Source: a virus
Strand: one strand, 5' to 3'
Length of the DNA stretch: 64,000 nt
Virus record (IMG/VR): IMGVR_UViG_3300032053_000043
Coordinates: 1-64,000 of that record
The translations under genes were made by a program, and so were the position numbers. How positions within the stretch are numbered: position 1 is the first letter of the stretch; each line of letters opens with the position of its first letter. This document shows positions 34,283-44,127 of the stretch, piece after piece. The notes beneath the pieces were generated by a model. The model ran no database searches. It was given only the letters and a program-made list of their open reading frames with translations, and was not told the origin of the DNA.

Positions 34283-36490
34283 CTACGTACCTTCCCGCAC
34301 TTCACCGCGAGGTTCAACACGGAAAAGTTCTTCCGTAAACGAAAGCGGCCCGCCCAACGCAGCTCTATTAAGAGTAAACTCTATAATTTCTTCGTTGATT
34401 GCCAAATTCGTCTGCGTCCATTTAACAAGTTTGTCTGCGCCTCCGGTTCCGATTGTGACTGAAATCGGCCCAATCGTCTCCCTCTTCGATTTTGCCGTAA
34501 GGCTAAATGCCGCCACTCCCAAATCTTCGTATTTAATCGTTGCATACGGAATGTGTTTCTCGGAACCGGAAAGTTGGAAGTCATGGGTTCTTACGAAGTA
34601 CGCTGCTTCTTCGCAATCAAGATTGGTTGGATTAGCTTTAAGCACCGTGCTACCAAAGGTAAACAACCCCAACGGCGTAGCCGATACGGGATAAGCCGAT
34701 GCAACAGCCGGTAAACCACCAAGAACAGAGAATTCACTCCATTCATCTATGCCATAGGCCATTTCGGTAATCGAAACCGGCCCCGCACCGGCGCCCACAT
34801 CGAGGGTTATCACAGCATATTCGCCCTCAACATGAAACGTAGCTACTCCTTCTTTAAGAAGATTATCCGCACCGACTGTTCCTATTGCGATTTCCTGGTA
34901 CCCGACGTAACTACCAGCGACAGTTGTAACTGCTACAGTAGATTGACCAAGGTCTTCATATTTCAACCTAAACTGGAAAGGAGACTTATCAACGAACGGC
35001 CCACCGAAATTTGTGGTTTGCGTTAGTGAAGCGGCTGCTTCACAAGCTAAGTTGGTTGGCTCAGTCTTCTGAGTAGAACTACCAAAAGCAAACAAGCATT
35101 GCGGACCACCTGTTACAGAGTAGGCCGTTACTACAGCCGGCAGACTACCAAGAATGGAAAGTTCCTTTCCTTCATCTATTCTATAAGCTATTTCAGTGAT
35201 TGAAACCGGCCCGGCGTTAGCGCCCACACCAAGCGTTACTTCAGCATACTCACCTTCTTCATAAGATGTGAATAACGCCTCTTTAATAGAATTATCCGCT
35301 CCAACAGTCCCTATTGCAGTCTCAACATAACCAGTAAAACCTCCAGCGACAACAGTAGCACTTACAATAGATTGGCCAAGGTCTTCGTATTTCAGGCTGA
35401 GTTGTGTAAAAGCCTTATCAACGAACGGACCACCAAGGTTCGTAGTCTGTTTCAGTGAAGCCGTTTCTTCACAAGCGAAGTCAGTTGTACTAGCTGATTT
35501 CAGTGTAATACCAAAGCTAAGAAGCGCCTTAACCGTTCCGGTTACAGGATAAGCCGAAGTCAAAGCAAGTCCCGTATACGCAACAACATACAACTCCGAG
35601 CCTATTGGATCATCACTTAGAACTTCGAGGAGGTCATCAAGGGTCTGAGTACCAGTCGCCCTTGATATAAGCGTTAAGAATAGTAAAAGCGAAGTACCGG
35701 GAAGTAAAACACTAGGAAGAACCGGAATCGGAGGTAAAAGTCTAAGAGGATATAATACATTAATCGCGTAGATAGTAAGAGGCAAATTCCCAGAACTCAC
35801 CAACATCAAGTGCAACTCGTTGGACTCTTGATCCAGAATAATTCCGCCTGTGAAATCCTGGCCATCAACCCAATCAAACGACCACGAACTAGGGGAAATT
35901 GACAGCCTCGATGAGCCAGCTTTTTGCGCCCATCCACTTACTGAAACAGTAATAGGAGTAACACTTCCAGTGTTCGTAATGGTTAATGTATCGCTTAGTA
36001 ATGTGTTTACATCAAAAGTAACAAGGTAAACATCATCATAACCAGAAGTGTGTGCAACAGCCGTTGTCCCTTGCTGCCCACGCAGAACGGTCCAATCCAA
36101 ACCAACAATAGTTTGGATCTTCATGCACTCGTCGTCTTTTAGAACATAATCACCTTCGGCAAAGCCAGCACTGCTAGATACCGTAAGTGCTACAGTTGTA
36201 TCGTCAATGTCAATCGTTAACGAAGTAGTAATTCCACTAACGTTTGGAGCACTCTTTGGCTCGAACCAAATCCTAACTTTAGCAGTCGCACCCGCGGCCA
36301 TCGCAAACGAAGGAACGAAACCCGTAAACTCTTCGATTCTGAACTTCGTACCAGTGGTTAAAGCCCACACCGTCACATTTAGCGAAGCATCGCCGTCATT
36401 GTATAAATACAAATCCGACCCTATAGAAGAGTCAACGACGACGCTTCTATGAAAGATTACAGCCGGATTTACTAACAGTAAACCAGCCAT
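34283..36490 (-). CDS. Structural protein with Ig-like domains and a three-fold ~130-aa C-terminal repeat
   Basis: NDGDASLNV and SSGNLPLTI Ig-like starts; three copies of CE..A...KYEDLG...IGT.GAD...GP.S.TE. Confidence 0.65.
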   Translation of the reverse strand: MAGLLLVNPAVIFHRSVVVDSSIGSDLYLYNDGDASLNVTVWALTTGTKFRIEEFTGFVPSFAMAAGATAKVRIWFEPKSAPNVSGITTSLTIDIDDTTVALTVSSSAGFAEGDYVLKDDECMKIQTIVGLDWTVLRGQQGTTAVAHTSGYDDVYLVTFDVNTLLSDTLTITNTGSVTPITVSVSGWAQKAGSSRLSISPSSWSFDWVDGQDFTGGIILDQESNELHLMLVSSGNLPLTIYAINVLYPLRLLPPIPVLPSVLLPGTSLLLFLTLISRATGTQTLDDLLEVLSDDPIGSELYVVAYTGLALTSAYPVTGTVKALLSFGITLKSASTTDFACEETASLKQTTNLGGPFVDKAFTQLSLKYEDLGQSIVSATVVAGGFTGYVETAIGTVGADNSIKEALFTSYEEGEYAEVTLGVGANAGPVSITEIAYRIDEGKELSILGSLPAVVTAYSVTGGPQCLFAFGSSTQKTEPTNLACEAAASLTQTTNFGGPFVDKSPFQFRLKYEDLGQSTVAVTTVAGSYVGYQEIAIGTVGADNLLKEGVATFHVEGEYAVITLDVGAGAGPVSITEMAYGIDEWSEFSVLGGLPAVASAYPVSATPLGLFTFGSTVLKANPTNLDCEEAAYFVRTHDFQLSGSEKHIPYATIKYEDLGVAAFSLTAKSKRETIGPISVTIGTGGADKLVKWTQTNLAINEEIIEFTLNRAALGGPLSFTEELFRVEPRGEVREGT

Positions 36491-37753
36491 TTACGTAGTA
36501 TAAACCGAACCGATGGTTCCAAGGACTCCGGCGGACGAACTGAACCTCACCCACGTTTCGTCGTCCATTTGGAATACCCAAACGGCAGTAGACCCGGACT
36601 TTGGAATAACAAGCCAGTACGATAGAAAGTCGTAGCCAATTCCTAGATTAGGAATAATCTGCCCAGTCACCGTACCATTGGCCAACGCAAGATCAGCGAA
36701 AATCTTCTTCTTAACGGCGCGACCAATAGATGTAACTTCAAGTCCTCTCACACGGTAAATATCATCAGCAGAAACAAAGATAATATGCTGATTGCCATAG
36801 GCAGCAAGTGAGTAAGGGTACTTATTACCGATACCTGTAGGCTGCACCGAAAAATGGCTGAACGCGAACGGCGACGTGCCAACGCCAGTCGGAATCATTG
36901 CCGATATACCATTCTCACGGAAGATAAGTCCATTGTTCCCCGAAACCGCAAAGCCGTTGATTTCGTCGGGGACCTCCATAAGATCAGCCAAACCCGATGA
37001 AAACGAAGTCCAATTATTGGGATTCCCCGCACGACACCAACGGATTCTTCGGGGATAGAGAACGGCACTTTCTTCGGTGTACGCGAGTATAAGTCTACTT
37101 GCCAAAACGCCCATGAAACGGGCGCCACCCGGAACATCTCCAGCAAGAGATAATGCCTTGCTACCATCGGTGTAGCAAACCTTCGTTGGTCCCTGAGAAA
37201 AATAAATACGGTTGTTTATACATGCATTACCAAACGGCCGGTTTGCTTGACCAAGATCCGTCACGGTTGCGGGCATGGTAAGATTGTTCCAGTATACAGA
37301 ATAGGCAACGCCATTCTGCACACCTGCAGAGCCAGTCAGCGTCAAAGAAGTATCGTTGGTAACAGACGCGATTGTATACTCAACGGTGTTAATGGTAATC
37401 TTTACGCCAACCGCGCCGGCTCCTGTTGCAAACTTCGTACCAGAAACCCACGCCACAGCCGTACCGTTTGTGTTAACAACTCCAGTTGTAGTCGCAAGTG
37501 CATATGCATTGTAAGTAGTCAAAACCAACGAATGTAAACTACCATTCCTATCCATGAAGGACTGCATCAAGCGGATGGGCTTCCCATCAGGGGCGGTGCC
37601 AAAGGCAGTTAGCTTCGGCCTTGTTTGAATGCGGCCCTTTTGGGTAAAGAAATTAAGAACGTCGTCAAAGGCGTTGAGCGGCGCGTATGGTCTCGCAACA
37701 TCATCTCGAATGCCACCCCACGGCCCAGAAACTGGAATCTGTTTGTAAGCCAT
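36491..37753 (-). CDS. Tail tubular / stabilisation (gp10-like) protein, copy B
   Basis: PWGG...NF...RP N-terminus, RIRWCRAGNPNNW, beta-propeller-like segments. Confidence 0.65.
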   Translation of the reverse strand: MAYKQIPVSGPWGGIRDDVARPYAPLNAFDDVLNFFTQKGRIQTRPKLTAFGTAPDGKPIRLMQSFMDRNGSLHSLVLTTYNAYALATTTGVVNTNGTAVAWVSGTKFATGAGAVGVKITINTVEYTIASVTNDTSLTLTGSAGVQNGVAYSVYWNNLTMPATVTDLGQANRPFGNACINNRIYFSQGPTKVCYTDGSKALSLAGDVPGGARFMGVLASRLILAYTEESAVLYPRRIRWCRAGNPNNWTSFSSGLADLMEVPDEINGFAVSGNNGLIFRENGISAMIPTGVGTSPFAFSHFSVQPTGIGNKYPYSLAAYGNQHIIFVSADDIYRVRGLEVTSIGRAVKKKIFADLALANGTVTGQIIPNLGIGYDFLSYWLVIPKSGSTAVWVFQMDDETWVRFSSSAGVLGTIGSVYTT

Positions 37754-37755
37754 AG

Positions 37756-38472
37756 CTACGCTTTCCCATGTGCAACTTTCGTTGACAAGTCACCGAACGG
37801 CAATTCACCCGCCTCATACTCCGCCTGCATCCCCGTCATGCGACTGGCGATTAAGCCCGGCTGGCGCTTTCCACTTCGTGGATCAATGAAACCATAAAGC
37901 AAGTCACGAATCGCAGTAGCACGATCATGTTCCAGAAGCTCCGTGAAACCACGCAACGCAGCGCAATAATCCACGATTTCGAGCCAGTCATCCGAAACTG
38001 CCAACTCAGTATTCTGCACGGTTCCCGAAATGGTAGGCAAAAGCCAAATACGCCAGCGTATTGTATAGACTTTATCCGCAAGGGGGCGTATAAGAACCTG
38101 ACGAACAAAACTCGGGGTCTGCAAGACCCATGTACAATAAATCGAGGGCTTTGTTTTTGTGGTTGTTGAATAATTATCAATCTCGCGGATATTCTTCCGT
38201 GCCAACGTAGTTGACTGTTTTGTAGAAGTATCTATAATAGCAAGGCTACGAATGGCCCGCGTTCCAGTTGGATACGTGTAAGTCCCGGTTTCCGATGTAC
38301 CACCTATAGTAACTCCATCATAGGTACTAAGAAGCTCATCGAACGGATAAGCCATGGCTAGTTCGATATACGCATCGCGTAGCCACAGATAAATTCTTGT
38401 AGTCAAATCGGAACGATTTCCGAGCTTTTGCTTGACGCCATCCGCACGATCCGTAATCTTTTGGAAAGCCAT
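37756..38472 (-). CDS. Head-tail adaptor protein, copy B
   Basis: KLGNRSDL...WLRDAYIELA...YTYP...KPSIY...IRPLADKVYTI. Confidence 0.65.
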   Translation of the reverse strand: MAFQKITDRADGVKQKLGNRSDLTTRIYLWLRDAYIELAMAYPFDELLSTYDGVTIGGTSETGTYTYPTGTRAIRSLAIIDTSTKQSTTLARKNIREIDNYSTTTKTKPSIYCTWVLQTPSFVRQVLIRPLADKVYTIRWRIWLLPTISGTVQNTELAVSDDWLEIVDYCAALRGFTELLEHDRATAIRDLLYGFIDPRSGKRQPGLIASRMTGMQAEYEAGELPFGDLSTKVAHGKA

Positions 38473-38473
38473 A

Positions 38474-38887
38474 TTAAGCGTAGAAAGTATGATTACCAAG
38501 CTTCGCCGTTATCGGATGCTCATCAGGTTTATCCAGTATCTGTTCCTTGAACCATTGTGATGTCATTGTATCCAGATTCGCGTAATATAATGCGTTGTGA
38601 GTGATATCTATGTCCGTTTCGTCGTACACCTTCCAAGCGATGTCCATTGCCGCCTCGAACATTGAATTGGGCCGGACAGGCCACAATACCGTTTGTGAGT
38701 CGCCAAGCACCGTCATGGAAGAGAACTGATTCTTAGTGGCAATTACTTTAGAGTAATCTCCCCAATGAGCACGGACCCGATTAGCGACGACGTGAGCGGT
38801 AGCACGCATGCCATCAGGGCCCTCACCGCGGGACTCCCGCCAGATGAGTACTGCAAGCGCCACCCGATTGTAATCAATCCACTCCAT
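38474..38887 (-). CDS. Cell-wall hydrolase, SleB / Hydrolase_2 family (endolysin B)
   Basis: LIWRESRGEGPDGMRATAHVVANRV...NQFS...ALYYAN...LGNHTFY. Confidence 0.9.
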   Translation of the reverse strand: MEWIDYNRVALAVLIWRESRGEGPDGMRATAHVVANRVRAHWGDYSKVIATKNQFSSMTVLGDSQTVLWPVRPNSMFEAAMDIAWKVYDETDIDITHNALYYANLDTMTSQWFKEQILDKPDEHPITAKLGNHTFYA

Positions 38888-39215
38888 CCGACTTTCCTCC
38901 GCTGGTTAACACCACGAACGCCGCTTTCAGGTCTTTGTCCAATTGATTCCTGTTGGCCTGCCACTGCTTCCACATAACGCCTGTAGCTATAGGCATAGAC
39001 AAGAAAAAGCCAACGAAAGCTGAAGTGGCCATTCGCCAACCCGTAGTCATATGACCCAACTGGTAAAACCAAGTCAAGGTATACGTCCCCCATTGAGCAC
39101 CGAACGTAGCGGCAGTGGCCATGAAGGTGTCCAGAAGTACAGCAGTAAACACCTTCAGCGCGGTCGTCTGGCGCCAGCCCGATGCGAAATCGGGAACTTT
39201 GATGTCGACGGCCAT
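38874..39215 (-). CDS. Membrane protein, holin-like (paralog of 9734-10084)
   Basis: MAVDIKVPDFASGWRQTTALKVFTAVLLDTFMAT. Confidence 0.7.
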   Translation of the reverse strand: MAVDIKVPDFASGWRQTTALKVFTAVLLDTFMATAATFGAQWGTYTLTWFYQLGHMTTGWRMATSAFVGFFLSMPIATGVMWKQWQANRNQLDKDLKAAFVVLTSGGKSDGVD

Positions 39216-39410
39216 TTACTTAGTGAAAACATCCTTGTGGTCAGCCGCCGCTTTCAGACCCAGTAGCACCGCAAGACCAGTAACCACTCCCATAACTTCT
39301 TGGAAGTTAGGAAGTTCACCTGTCGCGTGCCATTTAACTGCAAAGCCAAGTAGTGCGGCAACACCGCCGATAACTCCCCAAATCGTAGTACGAAGCGATT
39401 TCGGTTGCAC
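39216..39410 (-). CDS. Putative holin (2 TM)
   Basis: KSLRTTIWGVIGGVAALLG...GLAVLLGLKAAAD; GTG start after AGGAG. Confidence 0.65.
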   Translation of the reverse strand: MQPKSLRTTIWGVIGGVAALLGFAVKWHATGELPNFQEVMGVVTGLAVLLGLKAAADHKDVFTK

Positions 39411-39411
39411 T

Positions 39412-39636
39412 TCAACTCTCCTTTTCTTCCTCTTTATGGCGCTCGTCACATACCTTTTGCAGAACGTAACGAGCGTCACTGTGATTCTGAAGGTCCAACA
39501 AATCGGCCTTCGTTAAGACTTCCTTCTTCAGACTTCGGAACATGCCCCAGGCAGCACCGGCGCTAAAGATTACGCCAGCGGCGCCTGAGATAACTGCTGT
39601 TCCTTCCCAAGTCAGTTGGAATAGCGCCAAAGCCAC
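39412..39636 (-). CDS. Small membrane protein (lysis cassette)
   Basis: TM segment AGVIFSAGAAWG followed by a charged tail. Confidence 0.55.
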   Translation of the reverse strand: MALALFQLTWEGTAVISGAAGVIFSAGAAWGMFRSLKKEVLTKADLLDLQNHSDARYVLQKVCDERHKEEEKES

Positions 39637-39645
39637 AAACGCCTC

Positions 39646-39843
39646 CTATTTCACCTGTGAAACTTCGCTTTGCGATAGGAAGCCCTGGCGTATGTCCAAC
39701 TTCTTCTCGACGAATTTGCATTTATCGAGATTCTCATCGGACATTCCGCCAGAGCCTCCATAGACTTTGCGAAGGTTCTCGCATTGCTCGCTTCGCGTGC
39801 GACCGAAGCGGAGCGTTCGCGTCTTGCTGGTTTTAATCAACAT
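39646..39843 (-). CDS. Small basic hypothetical protein
   Basis: TAATG coupling to the upstream gene. Confidence 0.45.
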   Translation of the reverse strand: MLIKTSKTRTLRFGRTRSEQCENLRKVYGGSGGMSDENLDKCKFVEKKLDIRQGFLSQSEVSQVK

Positions 39844-40841
39844 TACGCGGCCCTTAGAATAAGCCCAGCTTCGTCGAAGTTCCCGGCCATACGAAAGATT
39901 AACGGAACAACAATGTCAGCGCCATCGGCCTTCGCCTCGACAGCAAAGTGCGCGAAGTAATTATCGAGGAGTCCACCATCACCGTGTAGGCAAGCGTACT
40001 TATTGTAGCCGTAGGAACCTACATCGTGGGCGAAGTAGTTACCGCAAACGGTGCTGTGGGTGATAACGCTACCGCCTCCGGCCTGCATGTAAATGTCACA
40101 GTCGATAAGTGTAATATCCCCTGTGAACACGTTGCGTTCAATCCGAGTACCTTTGACTGTCCCGGCAGCCGAAACCATACGAACGCCTACACGACAGTTC
40201 TCGAAGCGGTTGCCAATGATATTGTTGTACCAACCACCGTGGATAACAACGCCACCACCCTCGGTTGCAACTCCAGCACTGCCCTTGCCATTACGAATGT
40301 GGCAATTGTAAACCGAACAGCCTTCAGCTTGGTAAGTCGTACTACCTTCGCTATGGAAGTAGACATTACCATAGGCAAGGTCGTCTCCAGTACCGTTGAT
40401 GTCAAGGTTCTCAATTGCAACGCATGGAGCATTAACGGTAATAATCGGAGTGTGCAACGTAAGCGCCGCTTTGATCTGCAAACCAAAAACATCATGGATG
40501 TTATGGGGAACGCCGACCAAGGCAAGGTGGCTCTTCGCGTAAGCGATGCTAAGATTTCCGGCCGCTGCCGTTTCGCGGTACGCGACTGGGTCGGTATCCG
40601 CAAAGCCTTTATCGAGGATGTAGATTACATCGTAGGCAGAGGCCAGGAAAATGGCTCGTCCGACGGTAGCTAACGCCGTGTCCGGCGAATCGCCTTCAGC
40701 CCCATCATGACCGGATATTCCATCTACAACCCAAACACGCGATGCGTGAGCACTTTTATGCTTCCAACCAAAGTGGTTCGCACCAATCACAGGAGAACCC
40801 TGAATACCTCCAGGAAAGTTCGTCATTGTACTACCTCCCAA
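39843..40841 (-). CDS. Beta-helix virion protein (head fibre / decoration-like)
   Basis: MTNFPGGI...VWVVDG...GDSPDTALATVGRAI followed by parallel beta-helix repeats. Confidence 0.65.
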   Translation of the reverse strand: MGGSTMTNFPGGIQGSPVIGANHFGWKHKSAHASRVWVVDGISGHDGAEGDSPDTALATVGRAIFLASAYDVIYILDKGFADTDPVAYRETAAAGNLSIAYAKSHLALVGVPHNIHDVFGLQIKAALTLHTPIITVNAPCVAIENLDINGTGDDLAYGNVYFHSEGSTTYQAEGCSVYNCHIRNGKGSAGVATEGGGVVIHGGWYNNIIGNRFENCRVGVRMVSAAGTVKGTRIERNVFTGDITLIDCDIYMQAGGGSVITHSTVCGNYFAHDVGSYGYNKYACLHGDGGLLDNYFAHFAVEAKADGADIVVPLIFRMAGNFDEAGLILRAA

Positions 40842-41100
40842 TCAAATTCGGATGTCTACGTACACGAGCCGTTTCGTCTCTCGGTTCCTCGCCAGCGTGA
40901 GCCAGTGTCTCTCTTATCTTCCGCTGGCGCACCAACTGCGTTTCGTTATCAACATCCTTTGGACAGAGGAGCAAACCATCTTGCATTTGCAACTGATCCA
41001 AGGGAAAGTCAAACTTACAACGGTCGCACCTCGACCAGGACACTCCGCGCAAGCCACTATGTCGCTGCGACGGCACAGGCAGACCCTCCAAAAGTGTCAA
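40831..41100 (-). CDS. Cys-motif hypothetical protein downstream of the capsid gene
   Basis: CDRC...QDGLLLCPKDVD. Confidence 0.6.
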   Translation of the reverse strand: MTLLEGLPVPSQRHSGLRGVSWSRCDRCKFDFPLDQLQMQDGLLLCPKDVDNETQLVRQRKIRETLAHAGEEPRDETARVRRHPNLIGR

Positions 41101-41113
41101 CTAAACTAACACT

Positions 41114-42064
41114 TTAGGGCGTCGTGCCCCAAGTCCCAAGCCAAGAAGCAGCACCTACCGAATACCGACAGTAAGCGATATTCTTTACCGACAGAGTATC
41201 AAAGTCGTCAGAGTAATCTTCGGTAAGCGGCTTGCGGTCAAAGAACTTCAGTTGGTGAAACTGCTTCTCACAAAGCAAACCCCACGCCGTTGGTGACGTA
41301 AGGTATTTACCTACCTGGAACTGCAAGCCCTGACGTAGAAGGGCATTGACTTCATTGTTAGCCGTTCCCGGCCTGTTCGGCGAAGCGAGGTACTCAATCG
41401 CAACGAAAATCAGTTCTGGAGGAATCCAAAGATACGCCGGACGCAAAGCGACTGGGAAACCAACAGCGTCGATTAAACGCTCGAAGTGCCGAATCCCAAG
41501 TTGAAGCGACGTTTGCGATATGTCCATGTCCGTCGCCGGCCTGTTTGGATACGTTCCAGCGGAAGCAATAATTCCGCTAACACCAGGTCCAAGAGTCGTT
41601 GCGGCAGCACCACCGAGCAAGGGATGTGCCGAGTTGAACAGACTAACACCGTCGTTCGATGTTACTGTAGTGAAGCCTAGGTTAAAGATATTAGCACAGT
41701 CCTGTTCTTTACGGAAATTCGCGGACCGTGTTAACGTCTTTGGTGCCTGACGAATGAGGTTGTACTTATCGTCCTCGATAAGCTCGAAGCTAGCACGCAC
41801 GCCAAGAGCAAAGGTAGAGTGCATGAAACGCACTGATGGACCTTCAATCAAGGCAGTGTAGTTAATAGCCTCACTCTCTGGCTTTTCAACCATTGGCCCG
41901 CCTCCAGCATATTCGATTTCATCTTCGTAGGCAGAATCCGAAGCTTCGATGTTGAAAACCTTATCGAATTCGGATTCTGCTTGAAGTAGGTCGTTCCACT
42001 GAATAAACAGATGGTGTAGACCTAAAGCCAGCACTTGTGAATACTGACCGCGTACCATCGACAT
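41114..42064 (-). CDS. Major capsid protein (Mu gpT-like, HK97 fold)
   Basis: SDSAYEDE...KPESEAINY...HSTFALG...ELIEDDKY...ANIFNLGF...DGVSLFNSAHPL...YLTSPTAW...RYSVG. Confidence 0.85.
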   Translation of the reverse strand: MSMVRGQYSQVLALGLHHLFIQWNDLLQAESEFDKVFNIEASDSAYEDEIEYAGGGPMVEKPESEAINYTALIEGPSVRFMHSTFALGVRASFELIEDDKYNLIRQAPKTLTRSANFRKEQDCANIFNLGFTTVTSNDGVSLFNSAHPLLGGAAATTLGPGVSGIIASAGTYPNRPATDMDISQTSLQLGIRHFERLIDAVGFPVALRPAYLWIPPELIFVAIEYLASPNRPGTANNEVNALLRQGLQFQVGKYLTSPTAWGLLCEKQFHQLKFFDRKPLTEDYSDDFDTLSVKNIAYCRYSVGAASWLGTWGTTP

Positions 42065-42066
42065 TT

Positions 42067-42087
42067 CTCCTCCTCCTCCTCCTCCTC
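42067..42087 (-). promoter_or_regulatory. (GAG)7 expanded Shine-Dalgarno of the capsid gene
   Basis: Plus strand (CTC)7 immediately upstream of ATG 42064. Confidence 0.7.
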
Positions 42088-42119
42088 AACTCACGAATGC
42101 TCGTTCCAAGCGGAACGTC

Positions 42120-42686
42120 TTACGCGAACCAGTGTATAACAGCCGGCATGACGATGAAGTAAACTCCACGGCGCGAGGCCGCAGCAAGATTCTTCTCGCT
42201 TTCGTCAAGATCAACAATCTGCACAGCAGCATTGCCACCAGTTTTGGACTTATCCACGTACCAGTAGCCATCAGAGTCGATGGTCAAGCCATAGTTAATA
42301 CCAATATCAGCTTGAGTCAAAGACTGTCCAGTTGGATTGATCTGTCCTTTAAATACCGTTTCGACAACAGCAAGTTCAACTCCGCAACGGCCATCGTTGA
42401 TGGGCGCGCCACGCGGAATCTTGACGGCGGAAGGCATGTGCGGAACGGTGCCGTAGTGAAGTGTGTGCGGTACACCAGCTACAGCAAGACCACTTCCCGC
42501 TTCTTGACTAAACCCAACGATGGAATCAGTCAAGTCAGTGCCATCCCACGCTTGCAGAAAGCCGTCGGTATGGATTTGAACTGGAGTACCATCCAAGAAG
42601 GTCTTGGACGCACCTTCTTTAAGCCTCCGCACAGCCGGCTGGTTGTCAGTCGTTGTACGGCAAGCTCGGATCGGCATTGACGCCAT
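42120..42686 (-). CDS. Capsid decoration / cement-like protein
   Basis: Beta-rich; position between scaffold region and capsid gene. Confidence 0.55.
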   Translation of the reverse strand: MASMPIRACRTTTDNQPAVRRLKEGASKTFLDGTPVQIHTDGFLQAWDGTDLTDSIVGFSQEAGSGLAVAGVPHTLHYGTVPHMPSAVKIPRGAPINDGRCGVELAVVETVFKGQINPTGQSLTQADIGINYGLTIDSDGYWYVDKSKTGGNAAVQIVDLDESEKNLAAASRRGVYFIVMPAVIHWFA

Positions 42687-42689
42687 TTC

Positions 42690-43166
42690 TCAGCCTCCTA
42701 TTCCTTTAAGATCTTTCTCGTTTGGGGTAAAAACGGACATCTTCCGTTTGAGTTCAGGCGGCTCACTAACTCCGCCTAAAGCTTCTTTAAGAACACGCTC
42801 TCCAGTCTTGCCATCCTGTTTCGAACCAGAAGCTCTAAGCGCACGCTGTACATTGTATTTCTGTTCGCCAAGAGCTTTATTGCGGTCGATTTTCATTAAA
42901 ATCAAATCCATGCTTTTGAAATGACCGTCTTTAAACACGACACCTGGAACTTCGGCGTCGACCGGAGTCGCGTTGACATAGCCCTTAGCTTTGGCTTGAT
43001 CATATAGGAAACCGTCCTGGAAGGAACAGTTCGCCCACTTGAACCAAAGCGTAGGATTCTTCGAAATTACATTCTCAATTCCAGTAGACGTAAGCGGCCT
43101 TGCAATGATGTTATCATCGAACAGGAAAGCCGCATCGCGTCTTCCTTGTGGTGAAAGCTGTGGCAT
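42690..43166 (-). CDS. Hypothetical head-module protein
   Basis: FKWAN...GYV...DLILMKID pattern. Confidence 0.55.
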   Translation of the reverse strand: MPQLSPQGRRDAAFLFDDNIIARPLTSTGIENVISKNPTLWFKWANCSFQDGFLYDQAKAKGYVNATPVDAEVPGVVFKDGHFKSMDLILMKIDRNKALGEQKYNVQRALRASGSKQDGKTGERVLKEALGGVSEPPELKRKMSVFTPNEKDLKGIGG

Positions 43167-43169
43167 GTT

Positions 43170-43904
43170 TTACTCCTTAGCTTGAAACGATACGTGACCA
43201 CTTGGACTGACCTGCATACGTTCCTTTTGTGCAAGAAGGTGTTCCGGGGAAATCTTCAAACTACGGGCCATCTTCACTTCGTCCTCGGTTAGTTCGGCCT
43301 TCTTCGACGGAGACAAAGGACTAGCTCCACCACCAGATTCGATAAAAAATTCCGACTTGTCTTTGGTGATAAGTTCACCGGCGTGTGAACCGACAACCTG
43401 TTGGAATACACGCTCGTAAGTCTCTGGAAACTGACGGAATTGCAGTGGGACCGTCTCGAAAAGCTTATCGACCTCCCCACGGAACTTCGTCAAAAGCCTC
43501 GCGTGCAAAGGGCTCTGCTGAACACGCTGCTCACCAATAAACTTCGCGGACTGCGCAGCAAGAGCTAACTGGTTTTGGACAATCGGACCAAGACGTTCAC
43601 TAAAGGCTTTGTCCTCATCTTCGAGGATACTCGTTGGACCTGTTGTTGCAGTAGCGGCCGCTGCACTATGACGGTTCGCTTCCAAAACTTGGATCGAAGC
43701 CTGCGCAGCCTGCAAATCCGCTTCGGCTTTCTGTAGAGCCGCTGTACCCTGCGCGTGGGCTGTCTTAGCAGTCTCGTGCTCCGCCGACGCTGCACGAAGC
43801 GTTTTAAGCTCCGCAACGATCTCGCCAGGCGTCTTTCCTTTTAATTCCTCCGGCATGTCGCCTTCGTCGTCTTTAACCGGAGGGTCACCCCTTGTCCACT
43901 TCAT
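43170..43904 (-). CDS. Capsid scaffolding protein
   Basis: Coiled coil; C-terminal ELTEDEVKMARSLKISPE; position after portal. Confidence 0.65.
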   Translation of the reverse strand: MKWTRGDPPVKDDEGDMPEELKGKTPGEIVAELKTLRAASAEHETAKTAHAQGTAALQKAEADLQAAQASIQVLEANRHSAAAATATTGPTSILEDEDKAFSERLGPIVQNQLALAAQSAKFIGEQRVQQSPLHARLLTKFRGEVDKLFETVPLQFRQFPETYERVFQQVVGSHAGELITKDKSEFFIESGGGASPLSPSKKAELTEDEVKMARSLKISPEHLLAQKERMQVSPSGHVSFQAKE

Positions 43905-44127
43905 GTTTACTCTCCTTTTTCTTGAGTTCTTCCGGCAATGCCAGAATCTTCTTTAGCACCGCTACCGCGCCCTGCGCCTTAAAAACCTCATTGAGATTGC
44001 TGGAGCATTCCAGGGAGTGTTGCCAATGCCCCAGCTCCCCCTTGATCCACTCCAGGAACACTCGCGCCGGCTGGCTGTCCAACCATTGGTGAACCACCTC
44101 CGCCTGTCTTGGCTCGTAGATGCTCAA
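43885..44127 (-). CDS. Small protein overlapping the portal 3' end
   Basis: GGAGG RBS with TTG start at 44127; FKAQGAVAVLKKILALPEEL. Confidence 0.6.
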   Translation of the reverse strand: MSIYEPRQAEVVHQWLDSQPARVFLEWIKGELGHWQHSLECSSNLNEVFKAQGAVAVLKKILALPEELKKKESKHEVDKG

